Shown here piece after piece: positions 1 through 13,335 of a DNA stretch of 64,000 bases. This DNA comes from Mobula birostris (lineage: Eukaryota): assembly GCF_030028105.1 (NCBI RefSeq), contig NC_092376.1, positions 30,056,935 through 30,120,934 of the forward strand, given 5' to 3'. The notes beneath the pieces were generated by a model. The model made no database searches. It was not told where the DNA came from and was given only the letters and a program-made list of their open reading frames with translations. How positions within the stretch are numbered: the first letter of the stretch is position 1; every line of letters starts with the position of its first letter. Position numbers and translations under genes: made by a program.

Positions 1-194
1 TAGTGTCTAATGGCCACACAAGTTCACACGACTGATGCTAGTTAGAAACTGTCAGGCAAGCGCAACATACTCCTGTCCCAAATAAATGAAGAGAATCCCA
101 GCTATTTTCTCAATTAGTTTTTGTACATTAGGCATTGTCCCAAATAAATGGCTGCCCCAATTAACTGATGGACTAATTAATCAGAATCCACTCT
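1..194. mobile_element. End of a Tc1/pogo (Tigger-like) non-autonomous DNA transposon
   Basis: Repeated tgtcccaaataaatg subterminal motif and terminal ...attaatcagaatccact followed by TA; recognised by pattern only. Confidence 0.4.
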
Positions 195-1070
195 ATTCTA
201 CTTCTCTTTTTACATTAAAAAAATCTATTCACCATTCTTCTAAAAGAGTGGGAAAGAACTAAAATGTTACGACATATATGTGGGAAAATTTCAAACAGAA
301 CAGTAGCATAATCATCGCTAAGGAGAACTACTCAACTGTTCACTTAAAGTGCTCGACATTCTGCAAAACTCATCAGAAATATTGAGTGTTGAGTAAGCTA
401 AGATTAGGCAGTGAGACTGACCTGCTAGATCTTAGAGTGAGGGAAGTAAAACTAATTCAATATCCAATGACTTTTGAAGGAAGGTTTATACGTGTGGACA
501 TTAGGTGTGGACAGCATTAAACTCTTTGTTGAATATTTTCATTATGCTCTGAACTTGAGTTCAGACCTTGTGGGCCTGAGAGCAATTGTTATAATCATCC
601 CTCCACATGATCAGAAGAGCTGATGAAAAGTCATCAAGTAAAATCTCAACTCTGTTTCCCTCTTGATGGATGTTACTTTGTCTGCTGAGTGTTTCCAGCA
701 TTTTGTGCATCTATTTTAAGTAATAATTGATACCTTGTGTGCTTAGATGAACTGAGGGCTCTCTTCCCGTTAACCAATGCTTGCAGAATTCATGAAGTCA
801 TCACAGCACAGATTAAATAAACTGGCCATAGCCATGCTGCACTTAAAAAGACCAAATCCTGGATACAAAGAACTGTGCCTCCAGATATCCCAGTCGAAGC
901 TGTCCAGAGGAGGGGGTGTGTTGTTTTTAATGACTTAGAAGAGTGTTTGTTACTGGAAAAGTCAGTACTTATTCTTCATCATTGTTAGATCATAAATGTG
1001 TTGCTAGATAACTTCAACAGGCAGTTAAAAGGCGAACACAATGCTGTGCTACTGAAACCACAAAACCAAG

Positions 1071-1345
1071 AGCGCCACTGTAGTGTAACGGTTAGTGCGA
1101 TGCTATTACAGCTCAAGGTGTTCAGAGTTCAGAGTTCAATTCTGGCGCCGCCTGTGAGGGGTTTGTACGTTCTCCCTGTGACCCCCTGGGATTTCTCTGG
1201 GTACTCTGGTTTCTTCCCACAGTCCAACAGGAGTAATAACCGGTCATTGTAAGTTGTCCTGATTAGGCTAACGTTAGAGGTACGTTGTTGGGTGCTGCGA
1301 CTTTTTGGATGGAAGAGCCTGTTCCATGCTGCGTCTCTAAATAAA
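1071..1345 (+). mobile_element. tRNA-derived V-SINE (HE1-like)
   Basis: A/B-box head (tagtgtaacggttag...gagttcaattct), V core (tttgtacgttctccctgtgacc...ggtttcttcccaca), ctctaaataaa tail. Confidence 0.8.
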
Positions 1346-1844
1346 TTTTTAAAAATACAACTGAGAAGATCAAGCAGGAGAGTCATATTTCCCTCTGTGG
1401 AAATCAACTATGTGGCTTCCTGGTCACTCCTTTTGCTGTGTAAAACTACAGATTATCTCATTCACTGCGTTTAAATTCCCTTGAGTTATAATGGGTCTTG
1501 AAACTAGACATTTTATTTAGAGATATAGCATAGTAACAGGCCCTTCTGACCCAAGAGCCCAGAATTCTGGTTCACCAGTCCAGGCTTCTGGATTAGCCCA
1601 ATCATTTAACTACTATACTACCACTCATCATCTCAGATTCATCTACCTCCTCTAAAGTCCAGCCAAAGCTCTGTTCCATCCTCTCGTTAACAGACACAGT
1701 AACCTTGCCAAGAAGCTCAAAACACATCTGTAAGATATTAATGTACAAAGGATTTTGAATGGAATTATAATTGAATTAATCTGATATGTAAGTACATGTC
1801 GGAAAGTTTAAAAAGAATTCCATCTGCAGACATTTTCTCCATGT

Positions 1845-2722
1845 ACATGTTTAGGGGAGCTCTTTAATACGTCAACAATATGTACAAAGTCTAACAGGAA
1901 AATATCGGGTAATGTAACTTACAACAAACTCTATTTACAAATTCCATTTTTACAAAATGTCTTTACAAGAGGTTTGTTATCCCAAATATGACAAAGCTGC
2001 ACAAAACAGACCAAACAAAATGGTGTATACAGTAATAAATATTGATCTAAAAATGACTGCAATGTGGAAAGTGATTTCTACAGCCAATTTACCAATGGAC
2101 AAAACAGTACCAATATTTCCATACTACATTATCATTCCAATATTAAAAAGTAAATAATTTGTACATATAGACTTTGTTAATTATTCTGTAAACTGCATCA
2201 TGTTAATATATTCAGTGGAGGTAACATAGACATACAGATCATGCCTATATGCGACACTGACAGGTCTACCATGCAACCGTACTTTGCCAACATCTGATAA
2301 GGTTCATTTACATTATAATTTAATAACTTTATTACATGCAATAGATTAATAAACTGACACAATTCTCACTCCCAGTTGAAATATGCAGGTTTCAGACATA
2401 TTTTCCTGGCAGTCTGCCGAGTACAGGTATCCACAGGAAAAAAATGTAAATATTGCATTATATCAGGATCAGCACATTCAACAAAACAGGTTAATAAATA
2501 GCACAATTTCAAAGCCATCCTCCAAAGACACAATACAGGGATGATATCATTGAAGTATATAACTTTTTATGGCACTGGTTTGATAATCAAATTTTAAAAG
2601 ATGTGTTGGAGGGAGACATTCTTCTGTTCTTTTCTCTATTCAGACAGGGAGATGAGTCTTTTTTTTTAATTGTTTCACATCAATAGTCCTTAAACAACCT
2701 CCATAATGTAATTATAATTGTT
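1845..2722 (-). other. ANOS1: Putative ANOS1 3' UTR with poly(A) signal candidates
   Basis: Repeat-free AT-rich stretch after the stop; minus-strand AATAAA at 2328-2333 and ATTAAA at 1863-1868; the true end is not determinable. Confidence 0.6.
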
Positions 2723-2775
2723 TCAGTGTTTTACTGATACTGGCTTCTGTTGATGATGGTGTCTCAGCCTGGAGC
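2723..2775 (-). CDS. ANOS1: Anosmin-1 last coding exon (His/basic C-terminal tail, stop codon)
   Basis: ctttag| then SSRLRHHHQQKPVSVKH-TGA in the correct phase; resembles the His-rich anosmin C-terminus. Confidence 0.9.
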
Positions 2776-3078
2776 CTAAAGTAAAGCAGATAAGAGATGG
2801 GCATGCATAAACAACCATGGTACAGAAAGGGTTTCAAAGCCACTTTAAAACGTCACCAGTGACAGGGTTCAAGGTCAATAAGGAAGACATCAGAAACAAA
2901 GTGGTCGGACAGCAATAAGCACGAAGTAATTTAACAATAAATATTATTGTTATTAAGGTCAATCCTGCATCTTACAATTTAAGCATTAGTTTCCTTTTGT
3001 GTTCCAAGTTTAGACCAGATTGAAATACGCGGCGTGGAACTGTACTACAGCTAGGGTGTCGGAGATACTGAAGCTTAC

Positions 3079-3220
3079 TGTGCGGAAGTGACGAAGATAA
3101 GCTAGGTGTCTGAAATGCTTTGACAGCTGCTGGTCCCTCTCCAGCTGTAGTCAATAGTTGAACTTCCAGCCTATAACAGGTTGATGGCCTCAGATTGGGC
3201 ACAATCAGTGAATGGTGGTC
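3079..3220 (-). CDS. ANOS1: Anosmin-1 exon (exon 13 equivalent)
   Basis: [47 protein letters not shown]; cctcag| and |gtaagc; 142 bp, phase 0->1. Confidence 0.96.
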
Positions 3221-3356
3221 CTGAGGAAGAAAAACACAGTATTATCAAAATCAGGATCCGTATTTAATTTTTTTTTCATTTGAGAAATCTGAGCATTGCT
3301 GACCAGGCCAACAGTGATTTTCCATCCAAAGTGCTTTTGAACTGAATGTGTTGCTT

Positions 3357-3497
3357 CACAAACATGACAAAATCTGCAGGTGCTGGAAATCCAAAGCAAC
3401 ACACACAAAATGCTGGAGGAATTCAGCAGGCTAGGCAGCATCTATGTAAAAGAATAAATAGTCAATGTTTCAGGCTGAGACCCTTCATCAGTTTGTG
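3357..3497 (-). mobile_element. PLE 3'-end derivative with hammerhead motif
   Basis: Minus strand ctgatgaagggtctcagcctgaaacattgac plus tail; flanked by the direct repeat tgtgttgctt (3347-3356, 3498-3507). Confidence 0.8.
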
Positions 3498-4164
3498 TGT
3501 GTTGCTTTGAAAGCATTGCTTGGCCATTTCAAAGAATAGTTAAGTGTTATATACTCTGGAGTTGAGGTCATCATGTGGCCAGACTGAATAAACACAAACT
3601 ACAGATTTCCCAAAAGGGCATTTTTGATCCAGGTAGACCCTTTTTTCAGCCCAGTCACCATTAGTGAGAGCTTTTAATTCAGCATTAATTTCATTCACTG
3701 AATATGAATTGACCTGTGGGGATCTGAATTCATAGCTCTGGATCAGAAGCTCACTTCTCTTCTAGAACTATTATATAAAGTAAAAGTTCTCCTATTCCCA
3801 AGGTAGAAGCTGGTCTCCTTTAAAGGTAGTGACAGATCGACAGTGTGGATTAACTAAAAATTCTCATGATCACCAGTTTTACAATAAAAGATGGCAGATG
3901 TCCTGAGCAAAGCCCTCATGCTCAGACAGTTCTCTCTGTCGCACTCAAGGCCATATTGACTTTCAACACCCACAGGATCTTTCCAAGTTGCAACAAGTCT
4001 CTGGCTGCATTCCCCAATTGACTGCTGTCAGCTGCATCAGGCCTAGGCACAGTGTTCCCAAAGAACTGACTTTATTTACTTTAAATTTCAGTGGGGAACT
4101 GGTGGTACCATGGGTCCTGGGATTTTCAGGGATTACTGGTTTGCCATGACTGCATCCATGCATC

Positions 4165-4433
4165 CAGAAGTGCAGGATAATGCAGTGATTAGCATAATGC
4201 TTCGCATCGTCAGCAACCCTGCTTCAGTTCCTGCCGCTGTCTGTAAGGAGCTTGCATGTTTTCCTCATGACCGCATGGGTTTCCTTCAGACGCTCCAGTT
4301 ACCTCGCACATTCCAAAAAAATACGGGTTAGTAGGTTAAATGGTCACATGGGTGTAATTGGGAGGCATTGGCTTGTTGGGTGGGAGAGGCTTGCAACCAT
4401 GCAGTATCTCTAAATAAGTAAATAAGATAAATA
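4165..4433 (+). mobile_element. V-SINE
   Basis: V core ggagcttgcatgttttcctcatgaccgcatgggtttcc; (taaa)n tail. Confidence 0.7.
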
Positions 4434-4472
4434 AAGAGACCCCACTAATAATCCAGATCTATATATGACAGG

Positions 4473-4600
4473 AAACAACAGGAATTCTGCAGATGCTGGA
4501 AATTCAAGCAACACACATCAAAGTTGCTGGTGAACGCAGCAGGCCAGGCAGCATCTGTAGGAAGAGGTACAGTCGACGTTTCAGGCCGAGACCCTTCGTC
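4473..4600 (-). mobile_element. Young PLE 3'-end fragment with intact tail, truncated within the hammerhead core
   Basis: Near-identical to the ends of the long PLE; gives the unsplit tail order ...ttcaccagcaactttgatgtgtgttgcttgaatttccagcatctgcagaattcctgttg. Confidence 0.85.
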
Positions 4601-5119
4601 CTGAAAACAAATGTGGTGCCTCAATCATGAGGTGTTTTGACTGCATTAGGTAAGCAGGAAAGTCTTGCAGGGTACTCAAAGCACATCCACTGATGTTGTC
4701 GACTGCATGCCGCATGACCTCGCCAATCAAAGCAGCAACCAGTGCCACAGGAATGAGGAGAGAGAAACCCAGTGCGTAGGGGTCATATCGCAGAGCATGC
4801 AGAAGTTCCGGAACAAGAACAACAGCAGAGTAAGGTGGTCTCCTCAGCTTAGCAACCACAGCTTTGTCTCTCAGGTAAATGGAGGAGGCAGGTAATGGAT
4901 ATAGTAGAGGGAAAATGCTGCACTAGAACTGTGATACCCAATACAAACATAATGATCTTCTCTACACTACAATATTCAACAGCAGCAGAATACACTAATA
5001 ATCAGCTGGGGATCCCAGGAAATGTATAAAATCTCTTCACATCATGATTCGCAAGTCCATCTCTCTGCTATATTACACACACCTAAATGACTCCATTATC
5101 TTATAATGTAAGTGCTTGT

Positions 5120-5310
5120 TGGCCCACTGGTGGTGTAATGGCATCAGCACTGGACTTTGAAGCAAGTGGTCCTGAATTTGAATCCGGCCAGCCTGTTGAA
5201 CACTTTCCATCCATGCTGGGTTGATCGTCAAGCTAGCAACTTGGCCTCTTAAAAAACAGTGAAGTGCTATAGAAATGACAAAAATGCCACCCAATGAGCC
5301 ACAAGGATCA
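5120..5310 (+). mobile_element. tRNA-head SINE of a second family
   Basis: tggtgtaatggcatcagcactggactttgaagc...tttgaatcc A/B-box-like head with a non-V body. Confidence 0.55.
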
Positions 5311-5353
5311 ACTTCAAGTGAGTTGTTAACAAATCCCTCTTTTTTAAATGAGT

Positions 5354-5860
5354 GTCACCTTGCTCAAACAATGGAAACACAAGATTCTGGAGATTCTGGA
5401 AATCCAGAACAACACACACAAAATACTGGGGGGAACTCACCAGGTCACGTAGCATCAATGGTGAGGAATAAACAGCTGACATTTTAGGCCAAGCTTGGAC
5501 TTGAAAGGAAAGCGGGCAGAAGCCAGAATAAGAAAGTGAGGTAAGTACAAGCTGGCAGGTGATAGGTGAAACCAGGTGAGGGGCAAGGTAGGTGGGCAGG
5601 GGAGGAAGAGGAGATGAAGTGCCAAGCCGGGAGGTGGAAGAGTAAAGAGCTAAGGAAAAAGGAATCTGATAGGACAGGACAGTGGACCAAAGAAGGAAAG
5701 GAGGAGGGGCACCAGAGGAAGGTGATGGGAAAGTGAGGAAAAGAAAAGGGATAATAGGGGAGCTAGGATAGGGAATGGAAAAAGAGATGGGGAGAATGTT
5801 TGGAAGATATGTCAGAATGAGATTGGGAGGTAGAATTAAAATGGAAACATAGAAGCCTGC
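5354..5860 (-). mobile_element. Older PLE 3' fragment
   Basis: Decayed tail, purine-rich (plus strand) 3' UTR, and sequence similar to the endonuclease end at 27310-27350. Confidence 0.7.
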
Positions 5861-7039
5861 ATATTCTAAGCATGGAGATCTTGAGCCCTCGGGACTGCTG
5901 TTGGCTAGTATTGTAGCCAAAACAGCAAAGAATAAACATGTTGATCATTCACTGGAGAGGGAGATGCATTGAGGTACTATCATTTTAAGCCAATAAAACT
6001 CAAATCACTCAACAATAAGGAATCCTTGTGAGATTTCAGTTGGGGTTCATTTTCAGCCATGCTGCACATCTGATAATGCATCAGAGATTAAAACATCATA
6101 TTTCTCTCAGTTTGCATTGGGATCAGATCAATGTGGTGTCACACTTTCCTTATTGTTCTTGTGATCAGCTTATCGTTTTACTACCTCACTTCGGAGACCC
6201 TCTTCCAGAGGTGGAAATAATGAATTTCTTAGTGGCAAAACAAACAGGGGATGAAATTGTGAAATAGTTCTCAACATCGCATTATTGGTCAGAAGCAGTC
6301 ATTGTCAGAATAACGCGGCAACTTTGGCATAAATCCAATATTTCACAATCCCATGACAACCATTCACATTTTAGAGGGGAAATTTATGCTCAGTTGTGAT
6401 AAGATTTCAGTTTAAGCATATTTGTAACTTTTACAGAGAATCACTGATGCCAGCAGCTGCCACATCAGCTGTGTGACTTGTCTCTGCAGGTGTACAAGTT
6501 CTACCTAAAATGAGACTACATTGAATCTATGATAATATATTGAAAATATTTCATTATAAAAATGCATTTAATGTGTGATCTTCCATTAAGGTACAGTTTT
6601 AGAATCCAGTAGAAGAGTCTCTATGCTCTGGATGTATATTGACACTTGCTGGCTGCAATCTTGTGCAACATTTTACTTCTGGATCTGCACAGATGGCTTG
6701 ATGGCCACAACAGATATTTCCCCTAAATAGGCTAGTTTCCCTTAGATGGCCCGGCCAAATGAAGGAGCAGTCTGAGATGACATGCAGTATTACTTTGCTC
6801 CTGGAGAACTGCAAGCTATTTATGTTCCAAGGGGAGCAGTAGCCTGCTTTCGAATGGCATCTGCCTGCTCAATGAGGGCATTGGGTTGCTGCCTGGTGTA
6901 ATTGTCCTGAGGAAACTTTGGTTGCCACCACAGGACAGGGTTAAGAGCTTTAGCTGGATCAAAGTGAGACCTTGGAGAATCAAAAAAGACTTCTCATGAT
7001 ATTTGTGCGTCTTCACAGTAGCTGTCACCTGCACCAAAT

Positions 7040-7786
7040 TCAAGTTTAATTGTTATTCAACCATACGTGAAGATCCATGAGTACAGCCAAATGTTCCTCT
7101 GGGACCAAGGTGCAAAACACAATGCCAACAGTCACACCAGCACAAGGCAAATCCAGCACATAAGTTAACAGTAAACATACAGTCACAGACAAAAACGTAA
7201 TGTAGCCCAAATCCTTGAGTCCATGGATGTTGTGAAGAAGAACAAGGCTGCAGCAGTCTGTGTACAAACATAATCCAGCTTGTCCTCCACCAAACAAAAA
7301 CTGGAAGGCAGCACTGATGCCAGTATGAATGCCACACCACAACAGCTCTGGCATCACCTCTCCTGGATGGCTGCAACAGGCAACACTGCAGCATGAGGCC
7401 TAGTCTCATTAAATGTAGGCCTAGTACAACTAAGGCCATGCAGCTCTCCCGCCATCAATCCAGCCAATAAACCAGTGAAGTGGATGCAACATTCCACATT
7501 ACTAATGTCCAACAGGATCTTGTGATCGTAAGAAACACAACTAAGACAATCACTTGCTCTCAGACCGCACACTGACTTCGAAGCCTTACTGCAGAAGGCA
7601 GCAGCATGGTCCCGCTCTCTTGCTCCTCCACCAGCAAGCAACTCACTGGCAGGGTAGACCTGCCCTACTCGAAGTTCTTAACATCCAACAGTATCTCGCG
7701 ATCATAAAAAAGATGTTTAAGAAAAGACACTAACGACTTTGGTTGGCTCCTTAGTGGCAGCTGCGTCCGAGCATGTCACCATCTTA
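7040..7786 (-). mobile_element. Non-autonomous LINE-derived element (Rex1/Babar- or L2-type ends)
   Basis: Minus-strand start aagatggtgac..., 3' end aataacaattaaacttgaa similar to LINE tails in the window. Confidence 0.45.
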
Positions 7787-8266
7787 CCAGAAGTTCAGTG
7801 GGCTCCGTGCAAAGGCATTGCCACTGAATTGTTTCAAAGCCTTTACAACCTCCAGGTTATGGTCTCCAGGCTCTGCTCATCTTCCCGCTAGAGCACGAAG
7901 ACGGACTCCTTCATGGTCCTTATCATTTACTGCCGTTAGTCAGGAAAGCCGGATTATATACCCACAGTTTCTATGAAAGCATCCCAGCTGTGGTCCATAT
8001 CTGAATTCTCAAGAGCAGTATAGCTCTAAGGACCTCCCCTCTGCACCATGTTCTTTACATTTAATGCCAGACTATAGCATGCTTTTGCCTGGTATGTATG
8101 TGTCCCCGAACCCAACCTGCTCACCTCCCTCACAAGTACATCACACACCCACACACACAAAGTCATAGAAACATAGCACAAGCCCTAAATGCTAACCAGC
8201 GTTAAGGTGGCCCAGCTCTATGTTTAGAACATACATGAGTGAACATAATTGCAATCACTGACTTAC

Positions 8267-8487
8267 TGGTGGCAATATCTGAGACTGGGAAATAATGCTG
8301 TTCGGCAAGCTGTTTTGACGGCTTTCTGTAGTCACTTCTGCCCAGGTAACCTGAAATCCTGTTACAGGCTGATGAAGCTGTATTTTAGATATCCTCCAGT
8401 GGAAGTGACCTGTAATGTTCCCTGCATGAATTATGAACGATGCCGACAGATTCTCAGGTTTGACAAGTACTTTGGGAATGGTTGTCA
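8267..8487 (-). CDS. ANOS1: Anosmin-1 exon (exon 12 equivalent)
   Basis: [74 protein letters not shown]; ttgcag| and |gtaagt; 221 bp, phase 1->0. Confidence 0.97.
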
Positions 8488-8811
8488 CTGCAAAAGAGGA
8501 ACATAGTTCACAAAATGTCAAACTTGAGTGCTCATATCTCTAACAGTTCTTTTCCAAATTATGTCTATGTCACATGGTAATATATCTGATGGCTGACACT
8601 TTTCTGTAAACTCTGATAAATCCTAATTGGGATTCTTATATTACAATTCAGGCACAGTAAGACAGTACTGATATTTTGCTAGTGTAAAGAACAATCCATA
8701 ACTGTATTACATCTGGGATGTAAAACAAAGAAGAAAAGAAAGAGTGAAGGCACCTAAACAAATAATCTATGGTTTAGCAGAACTTATTTCTGAAAGATAA
8801 CCCAATATACA

Positions 8812-9459
8812 CAGACATCCCACCTCTCCCAGAAGTTCCGGGAGTCTCTCACATATTAATAGTGGCTCCGTGATGCCCGCAAATTATATACAATATCATG
8901 GAAATCAATTTTTTGAGAGCAAGCAAGAGAAAGCAAGAGCGACCACGAGAGAGAGCACACACGCGCGAGAGAGCCAGCACAAGCGAGCGAGTGAGAAAGC
9001 AAGCAAGAGCGCGAGTGAGAGCGAAAGCAAGAGCACGCGAGCAAAAGCAAATGAGAGCGAGAAAGCAAGCGAGAGTGCTTGAGAGCGCGCGAGCGACCAC
9101 GAGAGAGAGAGAGCGCGCGCCATGGCAGAGTGTTCCAAAAAATATATAAAAATTATGTCACCCCTGACTACACTAAAGTGTACCCCTGCCTAACAGGGGT
9201 CAAAATAATGACAGTGTTGCTCGCTGCACTGTTTGCAACAGTAACTTTTCTATTACCCATGGTGGGTTAAGATGTAAAAGACATGTTGAGGTGAGTTTAA
9301 CAGGTGTCATTCATTTATTAGCATAGCTAACGTTATTTAAACTAGCTGGCCAGCTGCTAAGAAGCTACTCTATTGCAGACATCCCACCTCTCCCGGATGT
9401 CTCCCGCAAGTTGATGGTGCTACCTCCCTGAAATGAGTTTTTGCAGGGTGGGGTGTCTG
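8812..9459. mobile_element. MITE-like DNA element with an internal GA/CpG-rich simple repeat
   Basis: Terminal inverted repeats cagacatcccacc / ggtggggtgtctg (1 mismatch); internal copy of the left end near 9376; simple repeat about 8915-9120. Confidence 0.7.
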
Positions 9460-11125
9460 TATATAGGAAACAGAGCATTGTGTGTGTGTTGTGTGCTACT
9501 TAATATTACGCACAATTAGGGTTGGCAGATATCCATATTGACCAAACAGTCCATTTTAGAACAAGTTCTCCAATTGTTATTGTATGTTTTTCCTGGATCA
9601 TTTTCATTGGAGAAATATGTAAATTGGACAATGTTGAATTGTTTCTGGAGCTACAAATTAACTAGGATTTGAAATGAAGAATATTGCCATCAATATTAAA
9701 AGATCCTCTGGCTAATAATATTGCATCGAAAACTGAAACCTAATCATAAAGTTGGCAAACAACCAGGAGCTAACAAAACCTACGACAATGAAAGAGTCTG
9801 TGTTTAGTATAAATTCATTCACTGTACTAAAAAGAGAATTCAACACCCAGCTTTAATAATAGACATGGAGCTTAATAATAGAGTAAATAAGTTAAGTATC
9901 AGCTCATATCCAGTTCTAGTTACCATGATGTAAGAAGGTTGTCAAGGCCTTGAATAAAATGCAGAGCAGAATCAGAATCAGGTTTAATATTACTGACGTA
10001 TGCCTTGAAATTTGTTTTGCGGCAGCAATATTCAAAACTATAAATTACAGTTAAGAAATATATAAAAACTGAATTAAATAAGTAGTGCAAAAATAGAGCA
10101 GAAGTATCAGGAATAGCTGAAAAACTCCATTGTATGGAGAGACCATGATTATTCTAATTATTCTCAGTGAATGTTGAGCAGAACTGATGAAGCTGTTCAG
10201 AATTCAATAGGACTTTGAAATAGAATCTGTTTCCATTAGAATGAGGGTCAATAAGCAGAGTTAAGATGATTGGCAGAAATTCCGCTAGTGGAAGATTTAG
10301 AAATAAATATTTGTGCAGCAATTTGCTGTGCTCTGGAATGTACCTTGTGAAATGGTGGTGAAAGCAGATTAAATATTAATATTCTCTCAGTAGGAGGAAG
10401 GAGAATAGTTTGAGTGATATAGTTTTCCAACTGCCAATATAGACAGGATGCATGTCAGTACAAGATTAATATTGACATCACGCAACACACCATCAACATT
10501 ATTTTTGAAACAATTTTTCCTTCAACCATGCCTGTGACTTAAGAATGACAAGTAGTGTCTATACTATCCTTAGTCATGCTCTGAGATAGGTTTACTATGA
10601 TAACAAACATCTTTTTATTTATTATCAGTTACTATGTATATATAGATTACAAGATGGAAAACTGCAGTATGCAGAGGAAAGGTCCCAACAAACCAATTGC
10701 ATCATCCATTATGAATAAGGTTCAGGAAGGATCTGCTGCAATAATCTGCACAGACCTGCATGAATCAAGGTTCTACCAGTTGTTAGTTTCTACTGTGTTT
10801 GCTGTTTCAAATACCAGTTTTTATTGAGACTGAAAATTTCCACCAGAAGTACATCTCCTGCTAGTTCCAGATGATATGCACAGAGAGGCATCAGAATGAG
10901 ACTTTAATGAAGCCTAAGTTGTACATGGGCCTTCAAAGTGAAACATTACCAAATCCCACATAACCTTGTGCTACGGTCTACAAATTAAGGAAAATTTGCT
11001 ACAGATAGTATTTGTAGTAGAGAAAAAAAATCCTTGGGGAAATTGTTATTTATCAGTCTTATTTCTTGTTGAGCAAAGTTTCATTTGTAAAGTTCAGAAC
11101 AGGTTTTCAATGTTTAATGGATCTT

Positions 11126-11267
11126 CATAAACAAAATGCTGGAGGAACTCAGCAGGCCAGGCAGTATCTATGGAAAAGAGTACAGTCGACGTTTAGGGCC
11201 GAAATCCTTCAGCAGGACACAGGCGTGTGTTGCTCAGATTCCCAGCATCTGCAGATTTTCTCTTGTT
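11126..11267 (-). mobile_element. Mini PLE derivative with inverted tail and 13-bp TSD
   Basis: TSD tttaatggatctt at 11113-11125 and 11268-11280; decayed hammerhead on minus, tail piece on plus. Confidence 0.85.
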
Positions 11268-12595
11268 TTTAATGGATCTTATTTATTTTAAGGAAATTTA
11301 TAAAATACTTCTAACCCATCCTCATTTCTTAATTGATTGATGACACAACTACCCTCTCCCATCCCTCCCCTCCATCTTCCAGTAAGCTGGCCCCCGTACC
11401 CCCAGGATATCTCAGTCTCTCAGCTAAAAATCAACCTGGAACATACTACCCGAGTGGATGGTGGAGGCAGCCTACCCTCACAACAGGTAACAAGTATCAA
11501 TTCAATATTTGCATCACCAAGTTAGAAAAAGCTATGGCCCAAGCATGGGCAATTAGGATTGGTACAGATGGGATTCTTGATAGTTAACATAGATATGATG
11601 GTTTGAAGGGCCTGATTCCATGTTGTATGACTCTAACTTATATTTGTTCTATGGCCACTGTTGAGACTATGTCTATCAATTTGTGAAAACTAATGATGCA
11701 AAATTGTTTTATTAAATTTTAATAGACCATAAGATATAGCAGCAGAATTAGGCCATTTAGCCCATCGAGCATCCTCCACCATTTCCTCATGGTTGATCGA
11801 TTTCTCTCCCATTTTATTGTGCTAATTGAATGATAAATTTTGTTCCGTATTATCAGAAACAATTCATCAAAGAGTGTTTTGGAATCTCATATGTCCAATA
11901 AGAGAAGAGATGAGATTCAGGTTAAATATTTTATCTGACAGTCACCATCACCAACACTGCAGTAATCCCACAGTATTATCTGACAAGAGTGGGGCTTAAA
12001 TCAATTGTCTGACTCAAGAGACAATGGTAATGTATTGAAACACTCCATACTTTTTATGAAACCTATATATCCATTTTTCACGTCATTTTTGCCATAAGCC
12101 TGCTTTCTCAGGTACTTTTATCTCTGTGACGCTACCACATAACTCAACTAGAAGTTGTCTGAGGTTCTATAAATTCTAAACTTAGCAAAGCAATGCTGTG
12201 TTGATGTCAATTAAAAAAGTAAATCAGACATTGCTGCCAATTTACTTTTCCCCATACTTTGCTAAGTCTTAGCCCAATTTCTCTGTCAACTGTCTTCAAC
12301 AAAACCATTTCATATAAACTAAGGTCAGGGAACAGGAAGCTCAAAAGTTCAGGAATTTCTTAAATTCAGGAATTTATGCTAACTAGAAATGGCTCTATTA
12401 TTACCGAAGAAGGCTAGCAATTATTCCCATAAGCATTCAAATTCATAACTTTCTGCTTGAAGTCTACGTTTTATACTGCACAGTCTTTGGGATGACTTAC
12501 GTCTACTTGTCACATACGTGCCACTGAAACATTCTTGCAAATAGAATAGCATGCTTAATTAAAGAGTATAATTCCCTCCATGTGGCTGTACTCAC

Positions 12596-12767
12596 CCCCA
12601 TCACTGGGACAACTGCTATGTTTTGGACCTTTTCCTCGAAGAGATGAGCATGATGGTGTTGTGAAGATCACTGCTTCCGCTTTCCCCTGGCCCCTGGCCA
12701 TTACTGGTTGGACCATAACTTTATATTTGCACGAGAAAATCAGTCCTGGGAGAATTATATAGTTTTC
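12596..12767 (-). CDS. ANOS1: Anosmin-1 exon (exon 11 equivalent)
   Basis: ENYIILPGLIFSCKYKVMVQPVMARGQGKAEAVIFTTPSCSSLRGKGPKHSSCPSDG; ccatag| and |gtgagt; 172 bp, phase 0->1. Confidence 0.96.
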
Positions 12768-13335
12768 CTATGGAAAAAGATAGCATGAAATTTAACAAAT
12801 TGAATTTGCCTTGTAATTACTTCTATGAGATGGACCGTAATTGAATCTTAAAGGATTTTAACAACGGTAAAGAATTTGAGTTTTTTTTTCATAAATCCAT
12901 AAAGTTTCTGTCTTAAGAAATTGTATTGCTTTCTTTTGACATTCTGTGAGTTAAGTACAGTAGTACCAAACTTTTTTAAAATCTCTTTTACTCCATTACA
13001 ATATTTATAACCTGAGAGCAATCCACCTGCTTTTAAGGAATAGTCAACGTTTTGTTATGATACCATATCTGAAACAGCTCAAGGGATTAAATCGGACCCC
13101 CCTGCCCCCTTCTCTGCTTTATACCAGGGTGACTGCATGATAACTGTGATGAGCTCATGAAGGATTCCAGGTACCTGTCAGCGAGTCAATGCTTTAAGCA
13201 GCAAAAGAGAAAAAAAATCAGTCAACAGAACAATCAACTAAATTCTGATTGATGGTATTACTGTCACAGAAGCTCTTTAATTAAGTTCACAGGATCAAAT
13301 TGCAAAAAATGGAAGTCAGAAACATTGGAACATAC

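Noticed and set aside
2972-3078. Read-through of exon 13 into the intron giving an alternative C-terminus ([10 protein letters not shown]...)
   Set aside because: A good GTAAG donor and a proper homologous last exon exist; a short open intron frame is expected by chance
1071-5200. tRNA-like sequences near 1075 and 5125
   Set aside because: SINE heads with A/B boxes, no intact cloverleaf, followed by SINE bodies
5267-5920. 217-aa Pro/Leu/Ser-rich ORF
   Set aside because: Read-through of a pyrimidine-rich PLE 3' UTR; no domain
8849-9270. Stack of Arg/Ala/Glu/Leu-rich ORFs on both strands
   Set aside because: Artefact of a stop-free simple repeat inside the MITE
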